Assembly (NCBI GenBank): GCA_964016885.1
Contig: OZ024750.1
Coordinates: 54,746,001-54,810,000, forward strand
From: Eledone cirrhosa
Lineage: Eukaryota
Length of the DNA: 64,000 nucleotides
Reading direction: 5' to 3'
Shown here piece after piece: positions 61,691 to 64,000 of this stretch (the stretch's first letter is position 1; every line of letters begins with the position of its first letter). The translations under genes and the position numbers were made by a program. Under the pieces are notes generated by a model. That model ran no database searches. It was not told where the DNA came from and saw only the letters and a list, made by a program, of their open reading frames with translations.

Positions 61691-63587
61691 ACATGTGTAT
61701 ATGTGTGTGCGTACGTGTGTGCATGCATGCATGCATGTGTGCGTGCATTGTATATATATATATGTATATTGTATGCATGCGTATTATATTGTGTGTATGT
61801 GTATATGTGATATGTATGTGTATATATGTATGTATGCGTATGTATGTGTGTGTGTGTATGATGTGTGTATATATGTGTATATGTATGTATATTTTTTCTG
61901 TAGAAGTCTTCTCTATATATGGTGTTTGGCATGAATTCCTCCTATAATACTCTTCTTTGAGAGGAGCACGATATGTAGAGTAACACATATGTATTGTCAA
62001 AGTTGAAACTGAGAACCACCACCCCTCCTGCTGACCCAAATGTTTACTGAGGACCAGAACACTATTCTCCGCAATATAAGAGAGGAATGCGCTTGCCGGA
62101 CTATTGATGACTATAACATCACATTCCAAGGTAATGGCAAAACACAGTGAATGCTAGACATGACCAGAACACCACAACATGCACATCGGAGCAACAGAGA
62201 TATAATATCAATAGGCGAATCAATTGAATTTTTTGAGTTGAAATACATATATGTGTCTGTGTGTATCGGACACACGTACACATAAAGAAACTGCTGACCT
62301 AAATGTACCTGTCATGCCTGTCTGAATTCCTAAGAGAATTTTCGGTCAGTTACTATCTTGACCGATTAACCCCACAATTACTACGTAGCGGTTCTTGCAC
62401 GTGACTGCTGGACCCGGATGAAACGAAGACGAAGAATTTCCTTGCGTACCGTTTTGTACCACAGATGCGATCTCACTCTGCCTCGTTAATGTTCTATCGA
62501 CACCAAAGTTCTACGTTCGGGGCAATAGAATTGAATCCAACCACCGACAACATAGTTGGATGACCGATAATCACACCAAACCGGAGTACTGTGATCCTTG
62601 TGATTTCAAGATATACAACCACTGACATTGTTACGAAGACCAGAAAATCATACTCCATAATATTGAACCAAGTGATTGATTTGTGCGACCAAAATAACAC
62701 CACACACATATTGAACTAGGAATATTGGATCCTCCGTCAATGTCTGGGTGAGCAAAAATAGATTTCTATTTGCATTGGAATTTACGAACTTGTGCACTTG
62801 TGCATCTGCTGTGGTGTGAAAAACAAACGCACATGACCGCACAGATAAACAATGGACTATGCCACGTGGCTTGAACCTGTAAGTGAATTGAAGGTTCTGT
62901 AACTCTGATATACAGATTATTTATTATTAAGATGTATAAACTTGACATAACTATTATCATCTTATATTCTCTCAACTAATCACATTTGATCATATTTCTC
63001 TATCCCGTTTTCTCCCCCCATAATTATAATATTTTTATTTTTATTCTTACTTGAAAAAATCGGTTTTTTTACATTGTGTTTTCCCCTCCAAATACTCGCT
63101 TATATTTCTTTATATATTCTCTATATATTTTTTTACATATATATTTTTTATCTTTATTATTTTCACTTTTATCCTCCTTTATATTTTACCTTATTCTTAC
63201 TTTTATACCTAATTATAGTGTAATCTTCCCCATACCTTATTATACATTATTAATTATAGATTATTATTATTACTCTTTTTCCATTTTTAATTACCTCATG
63301 TACTTTCTCCTTCGTTATATATACATATATATTGTATGCCCTTTGTGTTTGTGTAGCCTCTGCACACCCTCTGCACCATACTATCGACGCCACCCCATCT
63401 ATAGTTCAGCTAACCACTCGACTCCCGGTAATGAATATGACCGCAGCTAGTAAACAAGGACCCACACCCACCCTCCCGCACCAAAATTAGACTTATCGTC
63501 CCCTACTTTTGCTCTTTACTCTCTTTACTCTTTGTTCTTGAATGTTTGGTTGGTAGAGTCCATAACACCAATCAAAGCCCTTTTATA

Positions 63588-63632
63588 GCTCTGACGAATC
63601 CTACGGTTACGTAAGGAAGAAACATTGTAAGC
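63588..63632 (+). ncRNA. Minimal hammerhead ribozyme
   Basis: gct-CTGACGA-tcctacg/gtta/cgtaagga-GAAA-cattg-TA-agc, then AATAAA and (TA)n. Confidence 0.7.
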
Positions 63633-63674
63633 CAATAAAAATCTTTTGATGTTGTAGACGCTCTTGTGTTCTTT

Positions 63675-63714
<40 letters not shown>

Positions 63715-63752
63715 AGGAAACGAAAAATCAGTGCTGCATCTGGACTTTATTT

Positions 63753-63842
63753 CGTGTTACACATGTTTCACCGTCATGAGCTCGAGTCATGGTCCTTGTA
63801 TGGATCTGGCTGATTCTACTTCTGCAGGTTCTTTCAGACACG
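63753..63842 (-). ncRNA. Hammerhead-like motif with extended stem II and a 1-nt core insertion
   Basis: Minus strand: cgtgt-CTGAAAGA-acc...ggt-GAAA-catgtg-TA-acacg-AAATAAA. Confidence 0.55.
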
Positions 63843-64000
63843 TCTGTTATGTCCGGAGCAAATGTTATCACTGGTGTGTTGTTATCAAAACAACCCCTCA
63901 AAAAACCCTCTTTCCACTCTTGTCATGCCAATGGCTGTTTTTACTCCACGTCATCACAAGTTCTGGTCAGTATCTGCTGCCACACGGTTCAGCAACTATT

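Noticed and set aside
62140-63000. Possible coding exon in unique, moderately GC-rich sequence
   Set aside because: Only short ORFs with no recognisable motif; cannot be assigned without a search.
35-63450. Numerous short Y/I/H/T/C/V-rich ORFs
   Set aside because: Translations of (TA)n/(CA)n microsatellites or antisense frames of LINE and ZNF sequence.

Overview
This is repeat-dense metazoan DNA, most consistent with an octopod cephalopod C2H2 zinc-finger cluster. That assignment is inferred from the finger linker style, the SINE types and the intervening satellites; no database search was possible. The only plausible host genes are two paralogous tandem C2H2-ZNF ORFs: 12 fingers at 31.2-32.3 kb and 14 fingers at 55.0-56.3 kb. 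Mobile DNA includes a near full-length RTE LINE split by a full-length but decayed CsRn1-clade Ty3/gypsy element (LTRs, tRNA-Trp PBS, AATT TSD), Penelope-like fragments, six hammerhead ribozyme motifs, a DD37D (maT) mariner remnant, SINEs, Helitron-like pieces and MITEs. About 23 kb is tandem repeat, in six arrays. An 80-bp array comes from the RTE ORF, a ~127-bp array resembles a SINE core, and an 11.3-kb 40-bp array lies inside a single hAT element with TIRs and an 8-bp TSD. Long ORFs in the arrays are repeat artefacts. No prokaryotic-type system (CRISPR etc.) is present.
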